Origin: an uncultured Desulfosarcina sp.
GTDB lineage: Bacteria > Desulfobacterota > Desulfobacteria > Desulfobacterales > Desulfosarcinaceae
Direction: 5' to 3'
DNA length: 64,000 bases
NCBI GenBank assembly: GCA_963674945.2
Contig: CAXXWQ010000003.1
Coordinates: forward strand, 640,001 to 704,000
The notes below the pieces were generated by a model. The model was not told the origin of the DNA. It worked only from the letters and a program-made list of their open reading frames with translations, and searched no databases. Shown here in pieces: positions 51,517-62,106 of this stretch; the stretch's first letter is position 1, and each line of letters begins with the position of its first letter. Made by a program: the position numbers and the translations under genes.

Positions 51517-52440
51517 TTGGCAAAAAGTATAAAAGGACGGATTTTTAATATCCAAAGATACTCGCTGCATGACGGTACCGGGATCAGAACGCTTGTTTTC
51601 TTAAAAGGATGCCCGTTACGCTGCCTCTGGTGCAGCAATCCGGAGTCACAAAAGAGAACGCCGCAACTGGGATTCATCGAATCCCGCTGTGTGGGCGCCG
51701 ACCTTTGCGGTGGAGCATGTTTATCCGTGTGCCCTGTGGAGGGGCTGCATTTAAACAAAGAGGACAAACCGGTCATTGACCGGCAGGTATGCGATGCTTG
51801 CGGCCGATGTGCCAAAGTGTGCTATGAAGACGCACTCAAAGCCGTCGGTCATGATATGAGTGTCGATGAGGTAATCGCGGAAGTTGAGAAAGACAGACCT
51901 TTTTACCGGAGGTCGGGTGGAGGTGTCACCATTGGCGGTGGCGAACCGCTGCTGCAATACCGTTTCGCCGCTGCCCTTCTTGAAGCTGCCCATGGCGCCT
52001 ATTTGCATACCGCACTGGAAACCTGTGGTCATGCACCCTGGGAACACTTCGCGCCTGTGCTGGAACATGTGGACCTGTTGCATATTGACCTCAAACACAT
52101 GGACCCGGTCCGGCACAGGGAACTGACAGGTCAATCGAACGAACTGATCATCGCCAACGTAAAAAAAATCCCCTCGGTCAAGCCTCCTGAATCGGTAATT
52201 GTGAGATGCCCTGTTGTCCCGGGATGTAATGATTCGATGGAAAACATCAGGGACATGGCAAAGTTCGTGGTGAGTCTTGGATTCAAGCAGATTGAGCTTA
52301 TACCGTACCACAAAATGGGGCTTTCCAAATACGCGCAGTATGACATGGATTATCCGCTGCCGGCGTGTGAATCGCCATCGGCGTCCCATATGTCGCGTCT
52401 CAGAGAAATCGTTTCTACTGAGGGCGGAGAGAACATCTGA
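51517..52440 (+). CDS. Glycyl-radical activating enzyme with ferredoxin insert
   Basis: HDGTGIRTLVFLKGCPLRCLWCSNPES, extra Cys clusters, GGGEP. Confidence 0.94.
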   Translation: MAKSIKGRIFNIQRYSLHDGTGIRTLVFLKGCPLRCLWCSNPESQKRTPQLGFIESRCVGADLCGGACLSVCPVEGLHLNKEDKPVIDRQVCDACGRCAKVCYEDALKAVGHDMSVDEVIAEVEKDRPFYRRSGGGVTIGGGEPLLQYRFAAALLEAAHGAYLHTALETCGHAPWEHFAPVLEHVDLLHIDLKHMDPVRHRELTGQSNELIIANVKKIPSVKPPESVIVRCPVVPGCNDSMENIRDMAKFVVSLGFKQIELIPYHKMGLSKYAQYDMDYPLPACESPSASHMSRLREIVSTEGGENI

Positions 52441-52548
52441 CCCAAAGCATTTTTATCAACGGGCCTTACGTGTTGTAGCTGATGCAGGTGGTTACGACTT
52501 GTGTAACTTCAGAAACGCAGCCGGCATTCACCGGCAACAAAGGAGGAA

Positions 52549-53370
52549 ATGATGTCCAAAGACCTTTTTGATCTTAGCGGCAAGGTGGCCATGATCACCG
52601 GTGGTAACGGCGGCATCGGGCTCGGTTTCGCCCGCGGTATTGCCAAGCAAGGCGGCAACATTGCGATCTGGGCGCGCAACGCCGAAAAGAATGCGGCGGC
52701 AAAAGCCGAGCTCGAGGCTTGTGGTGCGGGAAAAGTGCTTACCTATCAGGTGGATGTAACCTCAGAAGAGGCGATCATGAACGGCTATGAACAACTCATC
52801 GGTGATTTTGGCCGTATTGATTGTATTTTTGCCAACTCAGGCCGCTCGTCAAAATCTCGCTCCGTACTGACCCTGGATGCCCAAGAATGGCATGACCTGC
52901 TCAATGTCAACTTGCACGGTGCTTTCTTTACCCTCCGAGAGGGAGCCAAACAGATGGTTAAGCGGGCGGAAGCGGGCGAACCCGGCGGTTCGCTGGTTTA
53001 TTGCGGCAGCCTGTCCATGTTCCATGGCATCCCCGGCATTAATAACTACGCTGCCTCCAAGGCCGGTATGGGTGCGGTGGTTCGCGGCATGGCGGCAGAA
53101 TTGGGCAAGTATGAAATTCGCGTCAACACAATCGCGCCGGGGTATATCAAAACCGGTATTGGCCAGGGTGAAAATTCGGAAGAGATGGCCGAACTGATAA
53201 AACAAGTGGATGCGCATTTTTCAGCCAAGACACCGATCCATCGTGTCGGCGCCATAGAGGATTTTGAAGGCATCGGTGCCTATCTGTGCAGCGATGCCTC
53301 CTCTTTCCACACCGGTGATACCATTGTGATCGATGGTGGCAGCGCGATTTATCCACCCTATGCCTTCTAG
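52549..53370 (+). CDS. SDR-family NAD(P)-dependent oxidoreductase
   Basis: TGGNGGIG, YAASK, IAPGYIKT. Confidence 0.92.
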   Translation: MMSKDLFDLSGKVAMITGGNGGIGLGFARGIAKQGGNIAIWARNAEKNAAAKAELEACGAGKVLTYQVDVTSEEAIMNGYEQLIGDFGRIDCIFANSGRSSKSRSVLTLDAQEWHDLLNVNLHGAFFTLREGAKQMVKRAEAGEPGGSLVYCGSLSMFHGIPGINNYAASKAGMGAVVRGMAAELGKYEIRVNTIAPGYIKTGIGQGENSEEMAELIKQVDAHFSAKTPIHRVGAIEDFEGIGAYLCSDASSFHTGDTIVIDGGSAIYPPYAF

Positions 53371-53398
53371 ATCGTATCGATCCGGAAACAGATTCCGT

Positions 53399-53436
53399 AA
53401 ACGGGTCGCCCCCTTAAAAGGCGACCCGTTTATTTT
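53399..53436. terminator. Probable intrinsic terminator between convergent genes
   Basis: AAACGGGTCGCC-8 nt-GGCGACCCGTTT stem followed by T-rich tract. Confidence 0.75.
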
Positions 53437-53488
53437 CTCTGTATTGACCGGCTTATGCCATTGCACACTTGTCTTCAGCAACGGATAT

Positions 53489-55516
53489 TTAATTTTTAAG
53501 ATCGCCTCTAACCACCAGATCCGGCGGTCCCTTTAAACTCGCATAAATATTTCTTTTAACAAAAATCGGTTCACCGTTGCTATCCGGCAGTATTACATCA
53601 ACCGCTTTAAAATTTATGGTTTTGCTGCTGGTTCCGGCTTCTTGGGCCTGTTTTCGAACCAAGAAGGCAAGCTCTTTCCTGGCAAACCTGTCCGCGCCAT
53701 CGAGATCCGTGAACTTAGGGGCGCCGGAGACACCTTCCACTAAAAAAACACCTTTTTTATCGGGTATAATCTCAAGTTGTTTACGAATAAACACGTGGCT
53801 CGTAATTGCGCCGATCGCATTTGCGACATCGGCGTCTTTGGGAATGATGGCTTCCGTTTTAAAGGGGATGACAGCCTCTGGCAGAAAAAAGTGGATGGGA
53901 GCCCCAATACCGATCACCGGGTGATTGAAGTTAATCGCCACCTCATAATCCGGGTGCTGTTTATGGAAAAGATGAGAAATCAGGGTTTTGCATGCCCGGT
54001 TGTTATCGAGATCTGCCGGATCTACATCGCTTAGACGGTGTTTGAGCAACTCCAAAGAGAGTTTTTTCGTGCCCAGTTCCATGAGAGTATCGACCATCTC
54101 ATGCAGGGATTGGCCGGTAACGGTTGAATAAAAACCGGCGTATCGTTCTGCTGATTTGGTATCCCATTGCTCAAATAATCCCTTGATATGGAAAAGATCC
54201 GTAAATGTCAGTCCTGATCTTTGAATGATAAAATTTTCCTCAAGACGCCGCAAAGGCAATGACCATCCCTTCACACCTTTCACTGCCTGAATGAGCTCAC
54301 CGATGGAATAGGGCCGTTGTTCCAGCTTGGAGATAATTTGTTCTTCCAACGTCGTGAGTTGCAGAGACTTGACATCACCCGTCTTGACCAGCACCTGCAT
54401 ATTCTGGGTAGAGTGCGAATAGCGATGGAGATTATTGTTTAAGAATGTAAAGGCAGTATCTGTACCGGGATAATTCCGGCCGATCCAGGCAATGGGCGCA
54501 ACCCGTTTGGGACCGATGAGAAATTCTCTCTTTTCATAAAGGATCAGACTGTCACCTCCCAGTCCGGTGGTGCTGATGTCAAGGGCCTTGACATGGGTCC
54601 TGTGCGACCCGACATGAGCGCCTTTTTCATTCAGGTTGACCAGTCCAAAAGAGAGTGACGCGGCATCCGTCGTTGTCCCTCCCATATCCACGACCAGGGC
54701 ATCATCGAGGCCCGTCAGATGTTTGGCTCCCGCCAGGCTGGCCGCGGGCCCTGAGAGGATCGTTTCAATGGGACGCTCCCTTGCCATTTCCGTGCTCATA
54801 AGAGTGCCATCCCCTTTGACCACAACAATCGGCGCCGTAATGCCGTATCCGGCCATTATCGTTTCAAGATCCGAGAGAAGACTCATGAGCCTGGGGATTA
54901 TCCGTGCATTGAGCGCGGCAGTGGCCGCCCTTGTCTCTAAATTGAGGGTGTCGGATAATTCATGGCCGCAGCACACGAAAAGTCCGAACTCCTCCCGAAT
55001 AATTTTTTTCACCTGCAATTCATGCCGGGGATTAATGGCGCCTGCATAACCGGATACGGCAAATGCCGTCACATGATCGTTTTCCATCATTTGTCTGACT
55101 GCTGAACTCACTTCATCATGATTTACCGGCTCGTTCTCTTCTCCTGAGATGTCCATCTGTCCCCGAATGAGGGAATTGGGCTGGTATGTATTTTGTATCG
55201 TATCATCGATACCATAAGGCGTCATAAGAAGAAGTCCGACGTTTTGACCCTCATTCTCCACAATGGCGTTGGTGGCCAACGTCGTGGATAATGAGATCAG
55301 TTCTATCCGATGCAATAGATTTCGATCCAGCTTCTCCATGGCCCTTTTGATGCCGACGGTAAAATCCCATTTGGTGGTCAGGGATTTTGCCTTGCAAAGC
55401 GTTTCATTGTTTTCAAGATCATAGACAACGGCATCCGTATAGGTTCCGCCCGCATCAATGCCCAGACCGATTTTTATGGTTGTTCCGGATTCATCTTCTG
55501 AAGGACTCGTCTTCAC
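53489..55516 (-). CDS. Hydantoinase/oxoprolinase family protein
   Basis: GIDAGGTYTD, STTLATNA, TILSGPAAS, DMGGTTTD, ANAIGA. Confidence 0.9.
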   Translation of the reverse strand: MKTSPSEDESGTTIKIGLGIDAGGTYTDAVVYDLENNETLCKAKSLTTKWDFTVGIKRAMEKLDRNLLHRIELISLSTTLATNAIVENEGQNVGLLLMTPYGIDDTIQNTYQPNSLIRGQMDISGEENEPVNHDEVSSAVRQMMENDHVTAFAVSGYAGAINPRHELQVKKIIREEFGLFVCCGHELSDTLNLETRAATAALNARIIPRLMSLLSDLETIMAGYGITAPIVVVKGDGTLMSTEMARERPIETILSGPAASLAGAKHLTGLDDALVVDMGGTTTDAASLSFGLVNLNEKGAHVGSHRTHVKALDISTTGLGGDSLILYEKREFLIGPKRVAPIAWIGRNYPGTDTAFTFLNNNLHRYSHSTQNMQVLVKTGDVKSLQLTTLEEQIISKLEQRPYSIGELIQAVKGVKGWSLPLRRLEENFIIQRSGLTFTDLFHIKGLFEQWDTKSAERYAGFYSTVTGQSLHEMVDTLMELGTKKLSLELLKHRLSDVDPADLDNNRACKTLISHLFHKQHPDYEVAINFNHPVIGIGAPIHFFLPEAVIPFKTEAIIPKDADVANAIGAITSHVFIRKQLEIIPDKKGVFLVEGVSGAPKFTDLDGADRFARKELAFLVRKQAQEAGTSSKTINFKAVDVILPDSNGEPIFVKRNIYASLKGPPDLVVRGDLKN

Positions 55517-55755
55517 CTTTGAAATACCTTCCCTTTTCTGGCTGCCAGCGATTCTGCGTCATCAAGCTTTATCCAGGCATAGGAATAGCCGATTGAATCC
55601 ATTCATTCAATTTATTTCTTTGTTATTGGTCGAATCAAGGACGTTCCGATTTGGAAATGGTTGTCGGGATAATGTTTCCTGAGCCGTCATTGGATTCCGT
55701 AGAAGGCCTATCAAAGATAAGTAGACGCGACAGTGTACGGAAATGAAGCGCTATT

Positions 55756-56144
55756 TTCGTCACTTTTTTGACTCGCAAAACGATAAACAGCCTTCAACCA
55801 TAGCATTCATTTCTTTTTATTTGGTGTACACCATCCCATCCAGGAAATAATTGCCCATAAATCCTGTTATTTGGTGTAATACATTGTATTTCAATTGAAT
55901 TTAGGCATATAATTTGCTGTGATACCGCCGTATATTAGAATGAAAACGCGAATCGGCAACGAACATCGTATCATTACATCTGTAAATTACGGACAGAAAG
56001 CATCTGGATGTACAAAGACAAAACAATCGGCATCGTCATACCGGCACACAACGAATCGGCGCAAATCGGCTCGGTTTTTAAAACAATGCCGTCTTTCGTC
56101 GATAAAATCCTGGTGGTAGATGATTGTTCCACGGACAATACCGC
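55756..56144 (+). repeat. 389-bp direct repeat, copy 1 (upstream region plus 5' end of GT2 gene)
   Basis: Near-identical to 61600-61988 (offset 5844). Confidence 0.92.
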
Positions 56145-57009
56145 TGAAACGGTTCGACAGTATCAGCTGGAAGATGAGCGGATTGTTCTGTTGCTACACG
56201 AAACCAATCAGGGATGCGGCGGGGCCTTGGCCACCGGCTATAAGTGGGCGCGGGACAATGGCATGGATGTCGCCGTGCGCATGGACGGAGACGGGCAGAT
56301 GAATCCGGCGGACCTGCCCGCCATCCTCGATCCCGTCGTGGAAGATCGGACAGACTACTGCAAGGGCAATCGGCTGTTTACCGGCGAAGCATTTCAGAAA
56401 ATCCCCCGGGTTCGCTATTTTGGCAACGCCTTTTTGTCCCTTTTGACCAAGATTGCGTCGGGATATTGGCACGTGGCCGATTTCCAGTCCGGATACACGG
56501 CAATCAACCGACACGCATTGGAAACCATCGATTGGGACCGGATGTACAAACGGTTCGGCCAGCCCAACGATCTGTTGATTCGGTTGAATGTATTCAACTT
56601 TCGGGTAACGGACGTTCCAGTGGAGCCCGTCTATAATGTCGGAGAAAAATCGGGGATGAAGATCGGAAAGGTAATCTTTACGATCAGCTGGCTATTGGTA
56701 AAAATGTTTTTCTGGCGAATGAAGGAGAAATACATCATCCGCGACTTTCACCCTCTGATTTTCTTTTATTCTCTCGGCGGCCTTTTTGGCCTGTTTACGA
56801 CTTTCCTGTTCATCAGGTTGTTTGTTATGTGGTTCATGCACGGGTACATCCCTCCGATCAATGCGCTGGCCGGAATGTTTGCATTCATGAGTGCCAGCTT
56901 TTTCATTCTGTTCGCCATGTGGTTTGATATGGAAACCAACCGGGAACTCAAGGGAATAAACAGGGGGCGACGGTTTTCAGACCGGGCCGGAAATGACAGA
57001 CAAAACTGA
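56008..57009 (+). CDS. Glycosyltransferase family 2 (DPM1-like, C-terminal TMs)
   Basis: VIPAHNE, VVDDCSTD, MDGDGQ, DFQSGY. Confidence 0.9.
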   Translation: MYKDKTIGIVIPAHNESAQIGSVFKTMPSFVDKILVVDDCSTDNTAETVRQYQLEDERIVLLLHETNQGCGGALATGYKWARDNGMDVAVRMDGDGQMNPADLPAILDPVVEDRTDYCKGNRLFTGEAFQKIPRVRYFGNAFLSLLTKIASGYWHVADFQSGYTAINRHALETIDWDRMYKRFGQPNDLLIRLNVFNFRVTDVPVEPVYNVGEKSGMKIGKVIFTISWLLVKMFFWRMKEKYIIRDFHPLIFFYSLGGLFGLFTTFLFIRLFVMWFMHGYIPPINALAGMFAFMSASFFILFAMWFDMETNRELKGINRGRRFSDRAGNDRQN

Positions 57010-57067
57010 CAAAAGGAAATCACGCTTTTGTATTTTGAGGCTCATCAACCAACCAGCGTTTTACTGG

Positions 57068-58942
57068 TTATTGCATCCTGAAAACACTATCCGGGTTGCC
57101 GAGATTGTTTCGCCATACGAAATAAATATAAATATTCCAGAGCCGGTGTGCATGATCACGGCGCCCCTCAACATGGGCTTTCAACATTGAGTGAATCGTT
57201 GAAAGATTCAGTGGTGACTCCTTTTCTCTCGCCAAAGCGTCCAGATGGTATGCGAGATCCTCCTTGAACCAGCGATGAATCGGAACGGAAAACCCTTGCT
57301 TTCGACGTTTCACAATCTTGGCGGGGAGCAAATCCGAGAAGGCTTCCTTAAGAATCCGTTTTCCGCTGAAACCTCGCCTGTGCCAATGCGGGGGGAGAGA
57401 GAAGGCATGCTCAATTACTCTCCGATCAAGGAAAGGGGCACGCGTTTCTAAAGAATACGCCATGCTGGCGCGGTCAACTTTGGCCATTATATCCTGAGGA
57501 AGATAGATCAACGCGTCGGTCGCCATCATGTTGAAGAAAGAACCGGCTTCGGTTTCTGTCGGCAGGCCTGGCGGGGCATGACCTTTACCAACCAATTCTG
57601 GCGCCAGCACCTGAAAATCCTTTGGGGAATACAACAAAGGTGCAATGTACGGCGTATTGGCCTGTTCTTGTTCTAAAAGATCGAGAAACAGATGTGCCTT
57701 TTTAAGAAAACTGCGACTATGATGTGACATTGGCTCTGGAAATAAATTGATCAAACCGCCGATATTCTTGCGCACGATTCGGGGAAGCCTTGAATACCAC
57801 CTCATCAGCACCCGGGCCTGATATCGTTGGTAGCCGCTGAACAATTCGTCTCCACCATCGCCGGATAGAACAACCTTAACATATTCCGACGCCAATTGAG
57901 ATATCATAGCGGTGGGTAAAAGAGATGAATCCGAGAACGGCTGCCCGGAATGGTCAAGAATCAGGGCTAAGAGTTCTTCCTTGTCCATCTTTTCCAGACG
58001 CTTCACAATATGATGGGTTTTGCACGTTTCTGCCATTAAATCAGCATAATTGGTCTCATCGAAGGAAGCGTCGGAAAACCCGATGGTAAAGGTTTTGGGC
58101 TGAACGCCCAATTCTTTTACGAGAACGGCGACAATCAGTGAGGAGTCAATACCACCGGAAAGAAAAGCGCCCACCTCCACATCGGCAACCAGACGACGTT
58201 TGACAGACTGGATGAACGTGTCCCGAAATATTTTTCGTGCCTGAAGCTTGGATCCGTTAAAACCGCCGATGGGGAGCGACCAGTAGGGTTTCTGCCGAAC
58301 ACCTTGATCCGGCGACCATTTTAGAATGTGGCCGGGCAGCACTTCGTGCACGTTTTGGTATGCGGTGGTTCCTGGAAGATAGTAGCCATACCGAAGATAA
58401 TCGGCGGTACTATCCAGGTCCTCGGTAAAGTGAATTGGGGATAGACACGCGAGAGCGCTCAACTCGGAAGCGCACGAAAAGAGCTGCTTTTCATGGTAAT
58501 AAAAAAGTGGCTTCTTTCCTATGCGGTCACGGGCGATGAAGAGATTTTCGTCTCGTTTATCCCAAAAGGCAAACGCCCACATCCCTTCCATTCGTTCGAG
58601 AAAGGATTCACCGTGGAGCACCAATCCCGCCAAAAGGACTTCCGTGTCCCCGCTGGTTCTGAAATCCCAAAAATGATGCAGCGATTCACGGAGTTCGTGA
58701 AAATTATACAATTCCCCGTTATACGACAGAACATAGCGGCCGGATGGGTCCGTCATCGGTTGCTGACTTCCGGAGAGATCGATGATGGAAAGGCGGGAAT
58801 GACCGATGACAACAGGCGGTTCGTGCCATACTCCGTTGTCATCGGGACCACGATGACGTATGCGCCGTATCGCATTTTGCGCGGAAACCAATTGTGCATT
58901 GCTGTCCGGGCTTTTTCGATATTGAAAAATTAATCCACACAT
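57068..58942 (-). CDS. asnB: Asparagine synthase (glutamine-hydrolysing)-like amidotransferase
   Basis: MCG start, HRGPD, RLSIID, FLSGGIDSS, SGDGGDE, KVDRASM. Confidence 0.92.
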   Translation of the reverse strand: MCGLIFQYRKSPDSNAQLVSAQNAIRRIRHRGPDDNGVWHEPPVVIGHSRLSIIDLSGSQQPMTDPSGRYVLSYNGELYNFHELRESLHHFWDFRTSGDTEVLLAGLVLHGESFLERMEGMWAFAFWDKRDENLFIARDRIGKKPLFYYHEKQLFSCASELSALACLSPIHFTEDLDSTADYLRYGYYLPGTTAYQNVHEVLPGHILKWSPDQGVRQKPYWSLPIGGFNGSKLQARKIFRDTFIQSVKRRLVADVEVGAFLSGGIDSSLIVAVLVKELGVQPKTFTIGFSDASFDETNYADLMAETCKTHHIVKRLEKMDKEELLALILDHSGQPFSDSSLLPTAMISQLASEYVKVVLSGDGGDELFSGYQRYQARVLMRWYSRLPRIVRKNIGGLINLFPEPMSHHSRSFLKKAHLFLDLLEQEQANTPYIAPLLYSPKDFQVLAPELVGKGHAPPGLPTETEAGSFFNMMATDALIYLPQDIMAKVDRASMAYSLETRAPFLDRRVIEHAFSLPPHWHRRGFSGKRILKEAFSDLLPAKIVKRRKQGFSVPIHRWFKEDLAYHLDALAREKESPLNLSTIHSMLKAHVEGRRDHAHRLWNIYIYFVWRNNLGNPDSVFRMQ

Positions 58943-60166
58943 TTATTTGGCTGGATATTGGATTTGGTGGTATATTTCTGAGTAGCGAAGAGCGGCATGT
59001 TCCCACGTAAGACCATTTTGGATAATAAATTGTCTTCCGGCGTTTCCAAGTCGATTCCGCAGCACCGGATCTTGGGCAAGTTTTTTAATTTTTTCCGCCA
59101 ACTGGGCGGCATTACCAGGCTCGAATACCAATCCTGTTTTTCCTTCTTTTATCAATTCACGAGTCCCGTCAATATTACTAGCGATGACCGCAAGTCCGGT
59201 CGCCATGGCTTCAAGAACAACATTCGGACGTCCCTCACTGTAGCTGCTCAGAATCATGAAGTCAGAATTTGCTAAAAATTCTGGAATTTTCTGAGGCGCT
59301 ACCTCTTGCACGAAATGAATGTGTTCTGAGATATCCAGTTCATGTGTCAGGGATGATAGGTATTCTTTTTCCGGGCCGTCACCAACAATGTGCAAGAAGA
59401 TGTTTTCAAGATCGCCCAATTGTTTTAATGCGTATAATATGGTTTCGATTCCTTTCCGAGGAATGAGACTTCCGACGGTAATCATTTTTACCTTTTGGGT
59501 TCGGCTTCCCGATAGTCGTTTTTCTCCGATCCGTAAAAAGTCGCCGCCGACACCATTGGGGATCATGGCGAGCCGATGAGCCCGATGGGGATATTTTTTT
59601 GCGACAGTATCTTTAATGGCGTCACTTACCGTAATAATTTTTGTGTTTATTCGCAAACAGATCCGAAGCAAAAGATTATCCAGGGATGAATCCTGGCACC
59701 GTTGAATATCGAGCCCCCTTAAGGTGGTGATGACCGGCTTTCGGGTCAAAAGACCTGCAAAGCCCGCGATCACGCCGTTAATCGACCAGTTGGCATGGAT
59801 GACATCCGCCTTCCTGGAAAGTCTAAGGCAGGAGAAAAACATCGATAGAATAAAAAAAGGCAGCAAAAAAAACAGATGGGGATACTTTTTGAGGGAGACG
59901 ATGATTCCGCCAGGCTGATGGGCCAGTTTTTGCCAGGATTTGGGTGCGTATCGGAAACATTTCAACACATATTTGTCGGATCCACGATGATCTGGTTTCC
60001 GCGTATACGCCGGAGTAAGTACCGTCAAACCAAAGGAGTCCGGCAGTGACTCGATGAGACGCAAGATAAAAACCCCACTCACCGTATTGTCTGACAAGGG
60101 AAACGATGTGGTCAGCATTAATATGCGCAATCTTTTTGAAGGGTCCGATTCAAGATTTTGACTCAC
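58943..60166 (-). CDS. Glycosyltransferase family 4
   Basis: IPNGV, RKG, SEGRPNVVLEAMATG. Confidence 0.92.
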   Translation of the reverse strand: MSQNLESDPSKRLRILMLTTSFPLSDNTVSGVFILRLIESLPDSFGLTVLTPAYTRKPDHRGSDKYVLKCFRYAPKSWQKLAHQPGGIIVSLKKYPHLFFLLPFFILSMFFSCLRLSRKADVIHANWSINGVIAGFAGLLTRKPVITTLRGLDIQRCQDSSLDNLLLRICLRINTKIITVSDAIKDTVAKKYPHRAHRLAMIPNGVGGDFLRIGEKRLSGSRTQKVKMITVGSLIPRKGIETILYALKQLGDLENIFLHIVGDGPEKEYLSSLTHELDISEHIHFVQEVAPQKIPEFLANSDFMILSSYSEGRPNVVLEAMATGLAVIASNIDGTRELIKEGKTGLVFEPGNAAQLAEKIKKLAQDPVLRNRLGNAGRQFIIQNGLTWEHAALRYSEIYHQIQYPAK

Positions 60167-60421
60167 TTTCCCCCCAATGTGATGAGCTTCGGGAACGCTC
60201 CTCGATACAGAAGATCTAAAATAAAATTGACAATATCAATCCATCAAAATTTGTGCAACCTCTTTAAAACGAAGCAAAAAAAACTTGCGAAAGCTGCGAT
60301 GACGTGATTACCTGAAAACAAAGTTGATATAATGAAATAATTCTTAAAGTATTTGAAAGTATTGATTGATTTGATTCGTGAAAAGATAAGACGCATTACA
60401 TATAACGATTGAAGAAATGAG

Positions 60422-61468
60422 ATGGTGCAACAGAAAAATTTCGAAAAAGCATCGATAAACAATATCGTCTGTTCCGTCTGCATCGCTAATTACAATGGTG
60501 AAGAATATCTCAGTGAATGCATTGATTCCGTTCTCAGCCAGGATATCGATTTCAACATTGAAATTATTGTTCATGATGATGCTTCCGATGACAATTCAGT
60601 TGAACTGGTTGAATCGACCTATCCCAGCGTTATCCTCATCAGGAGCCAGCAAAACAGGGGGTTTTGTGATAGCAACAACATTATGGTTGACACAGCCAGG
60701 GCAAAATTCATCCTTTTATTGAATAACGACGCCAAACTACATCCGAATGCGCTTAGAACTCTTTTCGAAGCATATACGCAACATGGTGAAGGAATTTACG
60801 GGTTAACCCAGTATCATTGGGAGACAAAGGCGCTGATCGATAATGGATCCGTATTCGATTATTTTCTGAATCCGATTCCCAATACCGATGTACAAAAAGA
60901 AGACGTCGGGATGATTATTGGGGCCTGCCTGTTTCTTTCTCGAGAACTATGGTATGAATTGGGAGGCTTTCCATCCTATTTTGGTTCCCTTTCTGAGGAT
61001 ATGTACATTTGTTTTCTCGCCAGATTGTGGGGATATCCAGTCAAGGCGTTGAATCGCTCAGGCTTTGACCATTGGGTGGGCAGAAGCCTGGGCGGAGGGA
61101 AAATCACTTCGAAACAATCACTTTCCACAACCCTGAATCGGCGGGCGAAGAGTGAGCGCAACAAAACGTTTGTCATGTTCATCTGTTTTCCTTCTTTTCT
61201 GATGTGGTTGTTCCTTCCGTTTCACCTCTTTCTGCTTTCAATCGAGGGAATTGCCCTCAGTCTTGTAAAATGGGAAAAACGTCTGTGGCGGGAAATTTAC
61301 CTGAATTGCCTAAGGGAGGTCTGGTGCCGTCGTCATCAATTGTACAGCCACCGACGAAAAATTCAAGCGAAACGAGACATTCCTGCGACAGAATTCTTTC
61401 GGAACTTTTCCTTATTTCCCCACAAGCTGCGAATGTTGATTCGACATGGTGTACCCGTCGTAAAATAG
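60422..61468 (+). CDS. Glycosyltransferase family 2
   Basis: CIANYNG, HDDASDD, LLLNND, GGF...EDMY. Confidence 0.9.
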   Translation: MVQQKNFEKASINNIVCSVCIANYNGEEYLSECIDSVLSQDIDFNIEIIVHDDASDDNSVELVESTYPSVILIRSQQNRGFCDSNNIMVDTARAKFILLLNNDAKLHPNALRTLFEAYTQHGEGIYGLTQYHWETKALIDNGSVFDYFLNPIPNTDVQKEDVGMIIGACLFLSRELWYELGGFPSYFGSLSEDMYICFLARLWGYPVKALNRSGFDHWVGRSLGGGKITSKQSLSTTLNRRAKSERNKTFVMFICFPSFLMWLFLPFHLFLLSIEGIALSLVKWEKRLWREIYLNCLREVWCRRHQLYSHRRKIQAKRDIPATEFFRNFSLFPHKLRMLIRHGVPVVK

Positions 61469-61599
61469 CCACGCGAAACTACAGAATCCGTTTTCCGCGT
61501 GCACCTCGCCCTACTGAAAACAAGGTCTTTGTCCGATTTGAAAATCGGCTGTCTTGATATTCTCTTCCACCCGTCAATTGTTACAGATTTTCTTGTCCG

Positions 61600-61988
61600 T
61601 TCGTCACTTTTTTGACTCGCAAAACGATAAACAGCCGTCAACCATAGCATTCATTCCTTTTTATTTGGTGTACAACAGTCAGTCCAGGAAATAATTGCCT
61701 ATAAATCCTGTTGTTTGGTGTAATACATTGTATTTCAATTGAATTTAGGCATATAATTTGCTGTGATACCGCCGTATATTAGAATGAAAACGCGAATCGG
61801 CAACGAACATCGTATCATTACATCTGTAAATTACGGACAGAAAGCATCTGGATGTACAAAGACAAAACAATCGGCATCGTCATACCGGCACACAACGAAT
61901 CGGCGCAAATCGGCTCGGTTTTTAAAACAATGCCGTCTTTCGTCAATAAAATCCTTGTGGTTGATGATTGTTCTACCGAAAATACCGC
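61600..61988 (+). repeat. 389-bp direct repeat, copy 2
   Basis: Near-identical to 55756-56144. Confidence 0.92.
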
Positions 61989-62106
61989 ACCGTCGATCTC
62001 AATTGGGCAATGGTTTCCCAAAGCCCATGGTCCAATCACATTGAGTCGGCATACGGAAGACTTTGTTAACCGGTACGATCATATCGATAAAAGGATGTCT
62101 CGGTAA
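61852..62106 (+). pseudogene. Truncated duplicate of the GT2 gene at 56008
   Basis: First 46 or so codons match MYKDKTIGIVIPAHNE..., then unrelated sequence. Confidence 0.85.
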
